Source: a virus
Length of the DNA: 64,000 bases
IMG/VR virus record: IMGVR_UViG_3300020048_003367
Coordinates: 37,863 to 101,862 of that record
Direction: 5' to 3' (one strand)
Shown here: positions 46,896 through 57,835 of the stretch, piece after piece
Layout: the number at the start of each line of letters is the position of its first letter
Position numbering within the stretch: position 1 is the first letter of the stretch
Notes under the pieces: model-generated
Databases searched by the model: none
What the model was told of the DNA's origin: nothing
Seen by the model: only the letters and a program-made list of their open reading frames with translations
Translations under genes and position numbers: made by a program

Positions 46896-47783
46896 TTACG
46901 CAAAAGTGCATCCATTGTTGCCAATGCAGAACCATTTTGAGTTGATGTATTTGAGCGTGCAAGCGTCACCAATAGTGTCAAATGTAATTGTACCGGTACC
47001 TGATGATTTCCAGCCTGCATTTGTAACAGTGATTACCATGTTACCAGCTGTGGCATACATTGCCAGCACCTTGATTTGGCCATTAACACCAGCTGGCAGT
47101 GTTGACACTTCGGCAGCGCCGGTGCTGAAGTAACTATCACTTTTAGCCAGATTAACCACAGCCGCATTAGCTACATCTTCACTTAGTGCATTGAACGGCT
47201 GTGCAGTAGTTTGTAATGGAGTAATAGTAAAACTAGCGCCTTGATCGCTTGTGGTTAACTGATACACATGATTGCCAGCATTGGTACTGTTGTTCCTTGG
47301 AAAACTCAATACATTGCCACTTAGCCCAATAATACCTAAAGTATTAGAACTTGCTCCAGGAATAGTTACTGTATACGGTGTTGCTGTGGTATTGGCTGCT
47401 TGAGAAGCAATGCTTAGAGTTAGCACGGCAGTGTTTCCAGCTGGGGGCAAATTTGTAATATTCAACGCAAGGTTTGCATTCGCAGTGAGTGCTTGAAATG
47501 AGCCACTTGCAAAGTTAACATTTGCAACAGGTGCAGCTACTCCTAGATTTATAGTAGCATACTTGGTATTTTGTAAGGTAACATCATACAATGTACCTCC
47601 GCCAAGATCATTCACATTACCAGTATAAACTACATTGTTTTGCAATGCTGAAATTTCACTTGCTGCATAAGTAAAATTTAATTTAATGTTAGTAAAATTG
47701 TCACGAAACCCCTGAGTGCTGTTGTCCTGCCCGGCAACAGGATACGCAGTGTTTACATTATTAGGGTTGATTTGACTTGTCAT
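46896..47783 (-). CDS. tail/baseplate-associated protein, paralog of 45386..46882
   Basis: same YPVAGQDN..QGFRDNFTNIK N-terminus. Confidence 0.7.
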   Translation of the reverse strand: MTSQINPNNVNTAYPVAGQDNSTQGFRDNFTNIKLNFTYAASEISALQNNVVYTGNVNDLGGGTLYDVTLQNTKYATINLGVAAPVANVNFASGSFQALTANANLALNITNLPPAGNTAVLTLSIASQAANTTATPYTVTIPGASSNTLGIIGLSGNVLSFPRNNSTNAGNHVYQLTTSDQGASFTITPLQTTAQPFNALSEDVANAAVVNLAKSDSYFSTGAAEVSTLPAGVNGQIKVLAMYATAGNMVITVTNAGWKSSGTGTITFDTIGDACTLKYINSKWFCIGNNGCTFA

Positions 47784-47795
47784 TGTTGGTCCTAG

Positions 47796-50700
47796 TTACT
47801 CCAAGATATTGGTTTTGGGAAATACCAGATATTTATCATATGCATCCGTTGGATCATACATATCAACCGGATCTTCAAACGCCACACTGCCCACATCAAA
47901 AATAGTTTCAGTAGTTGTAACAGTAATCAATGGCAACCAACTTATCTGCGTGAGGTCAAGGCCTGGCACAGTTGGTCGATACAGTTGAGCAGACAAGTAG
48001 AAATTTCCACGTTCAATTTGTACAAAGTCATTTGCCGCAGTATTCTGTTCTATACTCAGTGTGACTATCGTAGTAATTGGATCAACTGAGATTCTCCACA
48101 CTGCCATGCGCTCGTTAACTGGAGTATTTGGTACCTCCACTGATTGATCAAATTCAGTTCCTAATTGATCGTACGGAGTCGAATCAAATGGGAACAAATA
48201 ATCAACCCAGGCTGCGTCCGGTGTTGCATAATTAGATCCCGGGGGGCCGTTGTAAGCTTCTTGCTTGACAAAAATTAAAGTGTTACCGTCAATATTGCCA
48301 ATCTGCCCGTCAAGTCCACCTAGAGCGTTGATGTACTCTAATGGACGCTGATTGACATCGGTATATGCTAGGTCTGTGGCAATACTGACTGTGCCAATAA
48401 AATTATATCCAGCAGTATCAAATCTGTCAAATGTAGTAAGATTTGGTTCAGGAGTCCATTGTTGAGTAGCTGTATCCCAGTTACGGCTTAGTTCACGATC
48501 TAGAATGTAACGATCTACCTCGAAGTCTACTTGGTTTAGTTGTTCGCCGAATTGTGTTTGAATATAGTACGCGATCTGCTGACTGCGGCCAGGATTGGTA
48601 TAGCATAATACCCAAGCTGGAGTGAACCCCAACACACGACCATTGGCTTGCTTGGAGGTCATCCAGGCAGGCAACTTGGTAGAGATCTGCCCTACGACAT
48701 CAATTACTTGATCACGCATGTTGACCAAACTGTTAGGATACACTTGGGTAACTGTCCCGTTAGTCACAGCGGTATTGATCGCGTACGGCAAATTAACAAT
48801 CTTGCTCACGCTTTCTCCGTCGGCATTTACTAGGTTATCAATAATTCGGCTATACACAACTTCGTATATCACATTACCAACGCTGTCTAATGCTTGAGCT
48901 GTTTCGATCTGACCCAACACTAAATTTTTCCAATAGTGATTCAAGTACAAACTTTCAACATAACGGTCAGTTGTATCAGGAGACAAACCATACGCATGCT
49001 CATAATTGACTCGTGTGGCTTTACCAAAGTTTGGATCATCAGGTCTAAAAATAAACTCTGGCACAAAAATATTTTGATTATTCAACAAACTATCAACTAG
49101 CACACGATCGTTAAACGGTGGCATTGCCTGCACAATAAGATTTTGATATGGCTTGTTGTATTCTCTGAATACTCGCACAGTAAATGTTTTAAACACTGAT
49201 ACTACATCTCTAATGCCAGTTGGCACCATGACAGCAATCAATTCAGCGCCAGAACCGCCATAGCCTTCAGTAACAGTAATTGTAGCCGGTGATGTATACC
49301 CGCCTCCTGCATTAGCAACTTCAACCGCTGTAACTATTCCACCACTAACAGTAACGTTACCAGCCAGTGCTTGTGTTGCACTAGCACCAACTGGAGTAGA
49401 GAATTCAATTATAGGGAGTGTGACATCGCTGTATCCTGTTCCACCATCAACAATTTCAACGGTAGAAACTTGATATAAGATTTGCCCGGTATCCCGAGCA
49501 TAAGCGTTGACTGTGAACGTAAAAGAACTGTCCCAGGTAGTAGTCCCCCCATCAATTACGGTACTACCAAGATCAATTGCAAATGTATTAAAGCTTACTC
49601 GGCCCACGATTTCACCTGATGGCAACAATTGTAAGCCTTGTGGCAATTCATTAAATGCGCCCTCTTTGAGTTGATAAGTCAATGCTCGGCCACCTCGATT
49701 TTCAGCTTCAATCTTGAGCAGGCTAGTATCACCATTTTCTAACACGCCAAGATCGGCATCAGTAAGCCAAACTACTTCGGCATCAATTTCGCCAGCCACT
49801 GTGATAGTGTAAGGATAAGGTCTGCTGGCCACAATAAAATTAGCCACCATGCTGCCGCTGGCATTAGTAAGCACAACACTTGAGGTTGCAGTTGGACTTG
49901 TTGCAACAGTAAACTGCGTGGGATTGACCACTTGTTGTACATAATAAATTTGTGTGGCAGAAGAACTAATTCCGCCAAAAGTTGTTCCTGTAAATTGTAT
50001 TGGTTGACCTGCTCCAATACCCACAGTGCTCAAACAAGTGATACGATTTGTTCCTGCTAGTGTAGCAACACATTCAACAACCAATGAAGCTAGTACTTGT
50101 CCAATGTCATCAGTTAAAGTAGTAGCTACCAAAGTAAACACAATTTCATCAGCAATTTCATCTTCGCTGACAATAGTATCAACATAATAAATCGTACCAG
50201 CAACGAGTCCCCCGAAGGTTCCTCCAAATATCAAGGCTTGGCCGGCAGTGACGCTGCCTGAACCTTGTGCTGTGAGTTGATCAGTTGCTGCATCTGCTGA
50301 CAACACTGTTATTGCAGGATTTGAATAATCAGCCTGGAACGCCCATATATTAAAACTGTAATCAATTTGTGTTATGCCTTGATCGGGGATATATCCATAG
50401 TACCAACCAGTCGAAGGATCTAACACCGGCCCCGGCGGGAGTCCGCTGCCTTCATTGACAGCAATTGCGTATCTTAAATTCAGTGTGTCGTAGTCTCGAC
50501 CAATAAACTGATGTGCATAATAGTTGTCTCCGCGCACGGTGCCAAGATCAGTCACAGCTGAATTCACAATAAACGGTGCTCGTTCAGTTGTTTCATCCGC
50601 AGTAATTTCAGTAGAGTCAGCAGTATCTACTGAGTTATCGGCAGTCATGGTTGACCGATCAAACACAAAGAAATAGAATGTACGCAAATTACTGCTGCGG

Positions 50701-51329
50701 CCATCAGTTACTTCTAGTGTGAATTGATAATTTTTGCTGATAGCACTTACGATAAAGTCATAGGGCAAAGTATAGATTGGCGTTACGTCATAACCAGGAG
50801 GTTCGTCTACATTGGCTGCAGGACGAATATATCCTGAAATTAAACCATCGGGGGAGACCGAAATTCCTCCAGGTAATTCTCCAGCTATTAACCGAACTAC
50901 AACAACGTCAGCAGGATCAGTATCGGTATAGTTAATTTGAATGTTGAGTTCATCACCATCATAAAACACGCCTAAGCTTCCAGCAGGGGTTGTAAATTCT
51001 GGAGCGTCATCACCGGTGACAGTTAATGTAAATGTGCGATCACGAATCTTTGGAGGTACATCGGTGCTATAAGCACGAATTGTAAACTTGTTGGTCACGT
51101 CCCGACTGACTTCCGCAGGTACACCAGATACCCGAACTACTGCTGCTGGTACACCAGTAACAGTACCTGTATTGGTGAGTTGAATGCCTGTTGGCAAACT
51201 GCCAGCAATCAGAGCATAGGTAACAGTGCTGAGGTCAGGATCCTCAGCCAGCAAATTTTGCTGATAAAAGATGCCTTCCGGGACAACTCCCAAACTGCCT
51301 GCAGGTGTGATCCAAACTGGTTGTGCCAT
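47796..51329 (-). CDS. baseplate wedge-like structural protein with Ig-like repeats
   Basis: repeated W.T.AGSLG / G.LP.G..L...G.I.G motifs. Confidence 0.7.
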   Translation of the reverse strand: MAQPVWITPAGSLGVVPEGIFYQQNLLAEDPDLSTVTYALIAGSLPTGIQLTNTGTVTGVPAAVVRVSGVPAEVSRDVTNKFTIRAYSTDVPPKIRDRTFTLTVTGDDAPEFTTPAGSLGVFYDGDELNIQINYTDTDPADVVVVRLIAGELPGGISVSPDGLISGYIRPAANVDEPPGYDVTPIYTLPYDFIVSAISKNYQFTLEVTDGRSSNLRTFYFFVFDRSTMTADNSVDTADSTEITADETTERAPFIVNSAVTDLGTVRGDNYYAHQFIGRDYDTLNLRYAIAVNEGSGLPPGPVLDPSTGWYYGYIPDQGITQIDYSFNIWAFQADYSNPAITVLSADAATDQLTAQGSGSVTAGQALIFGGTFGGLVAGTIYYVDTIVSEDEIADEIVFTLVATTLTDDIGQVLASLVVECVATLAGTNRITCLSTVGIGAGQPIQFTGTTFGGISSSATQIYYVQQVVNPTQFTVATSPTATSSVVLTNASGSMVANFIVASRPYPYTITVAGEIDAEVVWLTDADLGVLENGDTSLLKIEAENRGGRALTYQLKEGAFNELPQGLQLLPSGEIVGRVSFNTFAIDLGSTVIDGGTTTWDSSFTFTVNAYARDTGQILYQVSTVEIVDGGTGYSDVTLPIIEFSTPVGASATQALAGNVTVSGGIVTAVEVANAGGGYTSPATITVTEGYGGSGAELIAVMVPTGIRDVVSVFKTFTVRVFREYNKPYQNLIVQAMPPFNDRVLVDSLLNNQNIFVPEFIFRPDDPNFGKATRVNYEHAYGLSPDTTDRYVESLYLNHYWKNLVLGQIETAQALDSVGNVIYEVVYSRIIDNLVNADGESVSKIVNLPYAINTAVTNGTVTQVYPNSLVNMRDQVIDVVGQISTKLPAWMTSKQANGRVLGFTPAWVLCYTNPGRSQQIAYYIQTQFGEQLNQVDFEVDRYILDRELSRNWDTATQQWTPEPNLTTFDRFDTAGYNFIGTVSIATDLAYTDVNQRPLEYINALGGLDGQIGNIDGNTLIFVKQEAYNGPPGSNYATPDAAWVDYLFPFDSTPYDQLGTEFDQSVEVPNTPVNERMAVWRISVDPITTIVTLSIEQNTAANDFVQIERGNFYLSAQLYRPTVPGLDLTQISWLPLITVTTTETIFDVGSVAFEDPVDMYDPTDAYDKYLVFPKTNILE

Positions 51330-51339
51330 ATTTTACTTC

Positions 51340-53694
51340 TTAAACGTTTTCCCAACTGAACCCATTGAACAGCCTGAGCCCGCTGGTACTAGAGCTGTAA
51401 TACAATGCGCCTGTAACTGGATTTGCTGGATCATTAAATGAGACTGGTAGTTGTACATACGATCCTGAAACTAACAAGTTGGCACCGGCTACCAAGTTAC
51501 CAGTTGCACTAACTCGTCCAGCGGTGTTAATGTTGCCACCTGTAACGTTGGCAGTGACTGTAACTGAGCTCAATGTGCCAACTGACGTAATGTTGGGTTG
51601 TGCTGCTGTGGTCACTGTGCCAGCAGTTGTAGCTGACCCAGCTGTGGTTGCGCTGCCTGCGCTGGTTGCATATGTAGCGTTGGCCACAATACCAGTAACG
51701 TTGGCGCCTGTAAGTGAAGTTAATCCAGATCCATTACCAATAAACACGCTACCAACAATGTTGCCAATTGCAGTGACTCTGCCACCAGTAACAATATTTC
51801 CGCCAGTAACGTTGCCTGAAGCACTAAATGCTCCAGACAAACTCAAGTTTCCACCAGCGATGTTGGATGTAACGCTCAAGTTTCCGCCAGCGATGTTGGA
51901 TGTAACGCTCAAGTTTCCACCAGCGATGTTGGATGTAACGCTCAAGTTTCCACCAGCCACGTTGCCTGTAACACTTACACTAGAGCCTTCAACAGCACCA
52001 ACTACTAGAGTTCCGTATTGACTTACTGTAATAACTTCGTTGGTAATGTTAACTCGTTGCGCAATCACCATTTTGTTGGTGCTGGCCTGGTAGCCATAAA
52101 ATCCAATTTGAGCAGCAGTATCATAATAATACAACGCCGTTCCGCGATCCTTGGCATCGCTGCTGGACAACGGAGCATTGTTTGCGTCACGGCCAATTCC
52201 AATAATAGGATCTTGTATAGCCAAAGTAGACACGTTGATATATTCAGTTGTGCCAGTCACTGTCAGGTTGCCAGCAATTACTGCGTTGGTCACACTGAGG
52301 TTTGCACCTGTAATATTGCCACTTGCTGATACTAGGCCGGTTGTGCGCAAGTTACCGCCAGTTACGTTGCCGCTAGCAGTTACAATTCCACCAGTAGTAA
52401 TGTTCCCACCTGCAACGTTGCCGCTAGCTGTCACTACGTTTGTAGATACTTCGCCTAAGGTGCTAATATTCCCACCTATGATATTGCCAGTTGCAGTGAT
52501 CTCTCCAGCCGTGCGCAAGTTGCCACCGGTTACATTGCCGCTAGCAGACAACAAGCTCAGAGTACCTATTGCGGTAATACCAGGCTGGCTTGCAGTAGCA
52601 ATTGTACCAATCACGTTGGCAGCAACAATATTTCCGCTGGTGCTAATAATGCCAAGTGTAGCAATATTACCACCAGTAATGTTCCCCGATGCACTAATTA
52701 TCGCGCCAGTTACCAAATTCACAGCATTCAAATTACCAGCTGCCATATTTCCACCAACTAGATTGGCAGTGATGTTATAGCCCGAAATATCGTCAATCGT
52801 GGTCAACGATACACCGTTGATTGCCCCGGTTGCAATAATGTTACTACCTGATACGTTTCCTGTTGCAGACATAGTGTTGTTCAACACAATATTGTTGGCT
52901 TGTATATTGCCAGTTCCACCTAGTGCATTGCTTACTATTAAACTATTCAGGTTACCCACTGTTTGTAAAAAACTCGTAGTAACGTTTCCGCTCAAGATTG
53001 ACCCAGTTAACAGTTGCGCATTGGAGCTCACGGTAAATCCAGTCAACAAGCTGCCATTACCAATAAAATAGTTACCAATGATGTTGCCAGCGGTGTTGAG
53101 CCCTGTAGCGGCACTTAGCGTACCACTGGTTGTTAAATTTCCACCAATTATATTGCCAGTAGCATTAAGAATGCCAGTGGTATTCAAGTTCTGTGCTGTT
53201 ACATTTCCTGATGCAGAAAATGCACCGGGGGTAATAATATTTCCACCTGTAATGTTCCCAGAAACGCTAAGAGTTCCAAGTGTGCCCACAGTTGTTAAAC
53301 TAGATGTAACCACGTTGGCACTGAGTGTAGTACCTGTGATAAGTGCTGCTGGAGAACTAGCAGTGACCCCAGTTAACAAACTGCCATTTCCAACAAAAAG
53401 TCCACCTGCTACAATGTTTCCCGTAGCCGAAACAACCCCGTTTCCAGTAAATTGTCCTTGTAATGTAGCTCCTGTTCCCGACACCACAAACACGTTGGGA
53501 ACGCCAGTACTGCTCATGTTGATTGTGGAATCTTGTACGATAGAAATATTACTGGTACCGTTAGTGATACCAGTAATACCGCCAATATTATACAGTTCTG
53601 TAAAGTTTGAGTTTACTTTTTGAAATGCTGTACGAATTGGGTCGCCTTGTCCGTCATTGGCTACGTTGCCTACAATGATTGGTTGTTGTGCCAT
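51340..53694 (-). CDS. tail fibre protein with GN(I/V)xGGN repeats
   Basis: N-terminal NDGQGDPIRTAFQKVNSNF anchor; beta-repeat body. Confidence 0.75.
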   Translation of the reverse strand: MAQQPIIVGNVANDGQGDPIRTAFQKVNSNFTELYNIGGITGITNGTSNISIVQDSTINMSSTGVPNVFVVSGTGATLQGQFTGNGVVSATGNIVAGGLFVGNGSLLTGVTASSPAALITGTTLSANVVTSSLTTVGTLGTLSVSGNITGGNIITPGAFSASGNVTAQNLNTTGILNATGNIIGGNLTTSGTLSAATGLNTAGNIIGNYFIGNGSLLTGFTVSSNAQLLTGSILSGNVTTSFLQTVGNLNSLIVSNALGGTGNIQANNIVLNNTMSATGNVSGSNIIATGAINGVSLTTIDDISGYNITANLVGGNMAAGNLNAVNLVTGAIISASGNITGGNIATLGIISTSGNIVAANVIGTIATASQPGITAIGTLSLLSASGNVTGGNLRTAGEITATGNIIGGNISTLGEVSTNVVTASGNVAGGNITTGGIVTASGNVTGGNLRTTGLVSASGNITGANLSVTNAVIAGNLTVTGTTEYINVSTLAIQDPIIGIGRDANNAPLSSSDAKDRGTALYYYDTAAQIGFYGYQASTNKMVIAQRVNITNEVITVSQYGTLVVGAVEGSSVSVTGNVAGGNLSVTSNIAGGNLSVTSNIAGGNLSVTSNIAGGNLSLSGAFSASGNVTGGNIVTGGRVTAIGNIVGSVFIGNGSGLTSLTGANVTGIVANATYATSAGSATTAGSATTAGTVTTAAQPNITSVGTLSSVTVTANVTGGNINTAGRVSATGNLVAGANLLVSGSYVQLPVSFNDPANPVTGALYYSSSTSGLRLFNGFSWENV
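51842..51957 (-). repeat. 33-bp tandem repeat, about 3.5 copies (SNIAGGNLSVT)
   Basis: near-identical CTCAAGTTTCCACCAGCGATGTTGGATGTAACG units. Confidence 0.9.
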
Positions 53695-53781
53695 GTTATT
53701 AGTCCTTGCTGTATTTACCAAATAGAGTTTGGCTTGTCCCGTAATTGCAACAACACTAAATACAAGGATTCGGAGCGTTCA

Positions 53782-55449
53782 ATGTCATACATTATCAACA
53801 ACAGCCGTGGACAAGTAGTTGCAGTGGTCGCAGACGGCACTGTAAACACCACTGCCACAGACCTCACTTTGGTGGGCCGCGGCCTCACCGATTACGGTAC
53901 TTACGAAAACGAAAACTACATATATTTGCTGGAGAATTTTGCTAATTCTTCAGCACCGTTACAACCAGTATTGGGCCAGCTTTGGTATGATTCTGCCAGT
54001 GACGTAATGAGTGTGTATGACAGTGTTGGTGACTGGGCTGCATTGGCAGATCAGGATTACGTGCAAGCTCAGAAGATATCCCCAATTTTTACAGGGATTC
54101 CACAAGCACCTACCCCAGCTGCCGGCACTGCTACTACTCAACTTGCTACCACTGCGTTTGTTACCAATAGTGTGCAGCTTCAGGGTGTACCTACAGCGCC
54201 AACTGCAACTGCTGGCACCAGCAGTACTCAACTTGCTACCACTGCGTTTGTAAGTCAAAGTCCGCAATTTCAAGGTGTACCTGTTGCACCTACTGCTGCA
54301 CAAGGTACCGAAACAACTCAACTTGCTACTACAGAATTTGTCACACGTGGGCCACAATTTTCCGGAATCCCAACTGCACCTAGTGCAGGAAATTCAGATT
54401 CAAGTACCAATTTGGCTACCACGCAGTTTGTGCAAAATCAAAAAGCAAGTCCTGCGTTTTCAGGAACCCCCACAACAACCACTGCTGCATACAATGATAA
54501 TTCTAGTCAGATTGCTAGCACCGCATTTGTTCAAGGGGAAAAAACCAGTCCGGCATTTTTGGGTGTTCCAACTGCTCCAACTGCATCTATAACTGTATCT
54601 AATACACAGATTGCTACTACTAGATTTGTAACAGACTGGACCGATGCATTGCCTACCATGAGTCAGCAAAACGCCAATGCAGTTGCAATCATTGGTGGAA
54701 GTATAAGTGGCATTACTCCGTTGGCAATTGCAGATGGCGGAACTGGGGGCAACACTCCTACTGCTTCAAGAGACAACTTGGGACTGGGATCAATTGCTAC
54801 ACAAAATGCCAACAATATTTCTGTTTCTGGCGGTGGCATAACAAATACAGCGTTTTCTGGCGGTACTGTCATTAATCTTGATGCACCTATTGCAATAATT
54901 TCTGGCGGTACTGGGGCAACTAACGCCGCTGATGCAAGAACTAATCTAGGACTAGGATCAATTGCTACGCAAAATGCCAACAACGTTTCTATTCAAGGTG
55001 GAACTATTACTAACGTAAATCCCATCGAAATAACTTCTGGCGGAACTGGAGCCGGTGATGCAATAAGCGCAAGAAATAATCTGGGACTAGGCAGCATAGC
55101 AGTTCAAAGCAGCAACGCAATAGGCATCACAGGGGGAACGATCACTGGATTGAGTGTGTTTGGCGCTGCAAATGTTTCTATTACCAGCGGAACTATCAGT
55201 GGTATTGTTGATCTAGCACTAGCGGATGGCGGAACTGGTGCAAGCGATGCTGCTAGTGCTAGAGTCAATCTTGGGGCTGCATCAGTTGCAAGATTGATTA
55301 TTGCTGGCACCGGCTTATCAGGTGGTGGATCGTTGGCTAGTGATATCACCGTATCAATTGCCACAAACAGCAATGGCTATGGCACAAGATATGTAAGTAC
55401 CTCGGCACCATCTGGTGGTAGCAATGGTGATATTTGGTATCAAATTTAA
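53782..55449 (+). CDS. tail fibre protein
   Basis: seven PTAPT...TQLATTAFV-type repeats and GGTGA...ARxNLGLGSIA repeats; ends GDIWYQI. Confidence 0.8.
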   Translation: MSYIINNSRGQVVAVVADGTVNTTATDLTLVGRGLTDYGTYENENYIYLLENFANSSAPLQPVLGQLWYDSASDVMSVYDSVGDWAALADQDYVQAQKISPIFTGIPQAPTPAAGTATTQLATTAFVTNSVQLQGVPTAPTATAGTSSTQLATTAFVSQSPQFQGVPVAPTAAQGTETTQLATTEFVTRGPQFSGIPTAPSAGNSDSSTNLATTQFVQNQKASPAFSGTPTTTTAAYNDNSSQIASTAFVQGEKTSPAFLGVPTAPTASITVSNTQIATTRFVTDWTDALPTMSQQNANAVAIIGGSISGITPLAIADGGTGGNTPTASRDNLGLGSIATQNANNISVSGGGITNTAFSGGTVINLDAPIAIISGGTGATNAADARTNLGLGSIATQNANNVSIQGGTITNVNPIEITSGGTGAGDAISARNNLGLGSIAVQSSNAIGITGGTITGLSVFGAANVSITSGTISGIVDLALADGGTGASDAASARVNLGAASVARLIIAGTGLSGGGSLASDITVSIATNSNGYGTRYVSTSAPSGGSNGDIWYQI

Positions 55450-55452
55450 TAT

Positions 55453-57315
55453 ATGGCACAACTAATTCGTCCACTAGGATACACTGGAAATATACAACGT
55501 TTAATCTGGTCCCAAGGGAACAACGTATCAGTAACTGCTTATCTTTGGGGTGGTGGTGGCGGTGCTGGCGGAAATGATAATCCTGGCCGGGGCGGGTCTG
55601 GCAGCGGCAGCAACTTCAGTCAAATTTCATTTGCAGTTGACGAAGGTGATGTCATTGAAGTAGCAGTAGGTGGCCCCGGGCTTGGTGGTGGCAATGCCAC
55701 ACGAGATGCTGGGGGTGGGCAAGCTGGTTTCAGTCTGACTGAAAATGAAATATTCAATATTCGTAATTTTCCCATAATTTATCCACCTTGGTATGAAGGA
55801 GTCTTTTATCCATTTTCGTCAAATTTTGGAACATTTCTAAACAACAACGGAACATGGGGTTGGCCCTATACGCTCGGAACATTCAGTCAAACATATACTG
55901 TGGTTTTTCCAGAAGATGGTAATTATCAATTTACTGGGGCAGCATCATATAATGCTACTTTTTATCTTGATGATGTTCAATTATTCACAGCAGATAATCG
56001 AAACTTGCCATTTACAGTGGGGTATCCTGTGCCAGCCGGCACTCGCACATTGAGAATAATTGGAACCAATCGATGGTTTAATTTTAACAACACTGGTTCA
56101 TTGGCCTTGACCATTGGCAAAGGTGATAGCTTCAGCGGTGGGCGTGGCGGTAACAGCGGACCAGTTGGTACTTCAGGTGCAGGTGGCGGCGGTGGTGGCG
56201 CAACGGTTGTATTAAAAAATGGAGCAGTTGTTGGAGTAGCTGGTGGTGGTGGTGGTGGCGGCGGCGGCGGGAATCGATCACCTATTAATGGCGAATCAGC
56301 TCCGGGGTCACGAGGCCAAGCTCCAATAGGAGCTAATCCTGGACAAAACGGTACCTCACCATTCACTGACGGTGGTGGTGGTGGTGGCGGTGGTGGTGGC
56401 TATGGTGGTGGTAACGGGGGTTATGTTCTCGCCGGATCTTACGATGCTGGCGGCTTTGCAGGCAGCTACGGTGGAACCTTTGGCGCTAGCACTGCTACCC
56501 CAACAGGAATTACTCCCGGTGGCACAGGTTCTCTTTATTACAAAACCGGAACTGGCCTTGGCGGTGTTGCAGGTGGTAATGGATCAGGCGGGTATGCAGC
56601 ATTTTTGTTTGACGTTAATGGAATATATGTCAATACTGGTAGTGGGTTTCAGGCTGCAACTAATGTTTGGACCAAGAGCCAGGATGCGTGGAAGCCAGTT
56701 AATGCAGTATACATTAAACAAGATGGCGTGTGGGAACCAGTAATGGGCAGCGTATCTCCGTTATTCAATGCAGTAGTAGGAAGATTCGGAAGCAATCCGC
56801 GAGCCGCCTCTCCCGACTTTACTGAAATTTCTCCTGATCCACCTGCTCCGCCTTCTACACCAGCCGATGCTGGCGGATTTGACGGTGGTGGTGGTGGTGG
56901 TGGTGGCAGTAAAGTTATTTGCACAGCATTGTACCAAATGGGCATGATGCCAGAAGAACTGTATGATCATGATCAGCGATTCGGAAAGTGGCTGTACGAA
57001 AACGATCCAGTTGCATACAAAGGCTATAGGAAATGGGCCGATGTGTTAGTAGAATACATGCATGGCCGTGGCCGACCGTTATTACCAAAACTAATGTTCT
57101 GGAAAACTCCTGAAGAGAAACAGGAATTGAGTCATCGCATTGCTGTTCGAGTTGGTAACTTTGTTGGTTACTCGTTTGCTAGCGAGATTGCCCGGCGCGC
57201 CGGGCACAAGGTGCCATTCAGTCTCAGAGGCTGGCTAATCGTATCACTTGGACTCAAGATATGTAAAGCAATCGGTTATGCTTACGGTTTACATAAATCA
57301 AGGAAGAAAAAATGA
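55453..57315 (+). CDS. glycine-rich tail-associated protein
   Basis: poly-Gly tracts, WKPV..VYIK.DGVW motif, C-terminal KVICT domain. Confidence 0.7.
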   Translation: MAQLIRPLGYTGNIQRLIWSQGNNVSVTAYLWGGGGGAGGNDNPGRGGSGSGSNFSQISFAVDEGDVIEVAVGGPGLGGGNATRDAGGGQAGFSLTENEIFNIRNFPIIYPPWYEGVFYPFSSNFGTFLNNNGTWGWPYTLGTFSQTYTVVFPEDGNYQFTGAASYNATFYLDDVQLFTADNRNLPFTVGYPVPAGTRTLRIIGTNRWFNFNNTGSLALTIGKGDSFSGGRGGNSGPVGTSGAGGGGGGATVVLKNGAVVGVAGGGGGGGGGGNRSPINGESAPGSRGQAPIGANPGQNGTSPFTDGGGGGGGGGGYGGGNGGYVLAGSYDAGGFAGSYGGTFGASTATPTGITPGGTGSLYYKTGTGLGGVAGGNGSGGYAAFLFDVNGIYVNTGSGFQAATNVWTKSQDAWKPVNAVYIKQDGVWEPVMGSVSPLFNAVVGRFGSNPRAASPDFTEISPDPPAPPSTPADAGGFDGGGGGGGGSKVICTALYQMGMMPEELYDHDQRFGKWLYENDPVAYKGYRKWADVLVEYMHGRGRPLLPKLMFWKTPEEKQELSHRIAVRVGNFVGYSFASEIARRAGHKVPFSLRGWLIVSLGLKICKAIGYAYGLHKSRKKK

Positions 57316-57518
57316 ATTTAGATGTATTGGCCTTTTTGATAGGCACCAGACTCAGCACACAAGATCAAGAACAGTTGTTTGAAATACTACACAACAACGG
57401 CGCCTTGTTTGAAAAACTACTGCCCGGATCACCCTTGATGGCTCATATCAGAAAAGAAATAATCTGGAATCATACACTGGCCCAGGCCTATGACATTTGG
57501 TTAGCTAAACAGGGTTAA
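57312..57518 (+). CDS. hypothetical protein
   Basis: 68 aa, coupled to the preceding gene. Confidence 0.5.
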   Translation: MNLDVLAFLIGTRLSTQDQEQLFEILHNNGALFEKLLPGSPLMAHIRKEIIWNHTLAQAYDIWLAKQG

Positions 57519-57835
57519 ACAGAGAAACTAGATCCGCAGCCACAAGTGGTGGTGGCTTGTGGATTGTTGATCACAAAGCTGGCTCCCATGAGATCTTCTT
57601 TGTAATCAATTTCAGCGCCTTGAAGATATTGCATGCTCATGCTGTCTACCACAACAGGTACCTCAGACTCTAGGCGAAAATCATCTTCGCCAACTGCTTC
57701 GTCAAAGGTGAATCCATAACTGAATCCTGAACAACCCCCGCCTTGTACAAACACACGAAGTACCAAATTGGGTTTGTTTTCTTCGGCAAAAAGTTCTTGC
57801 AGTTTTGCCACTGCGTTGGGTTGTAGTGTAATCAT
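57515..57835 (-). CDS. Fe-S cluster carrier, IscA/ErpA (HesB) family
   Basis: GGCSG and CGCGSSF motifs. Confidence 0.93.
   Translation of the reverse strand: MITLQPNAVAKLQELFAEENKPNLVLRVFVQGGGCSGFSYGFTFDEAVGEDDFRLESEVPVVVDSMSMQYLQGAEIDYKEDLMGASFVINNPQATTTCGCGSSFSV

Noticed and set aside
51479-53623. Long antisense ORFs over tail-fibre genes (and similar ones elsewhere)
   Set aside because: These are shadow frames of repetitive Gly/Asn/Thr codons, with no independent signals.
45386-57315. Diversity-generating retroelement at the tail genes
   Set aside because: No reverse transcriptase and no adenine-specific template/variable repeat pair seen.
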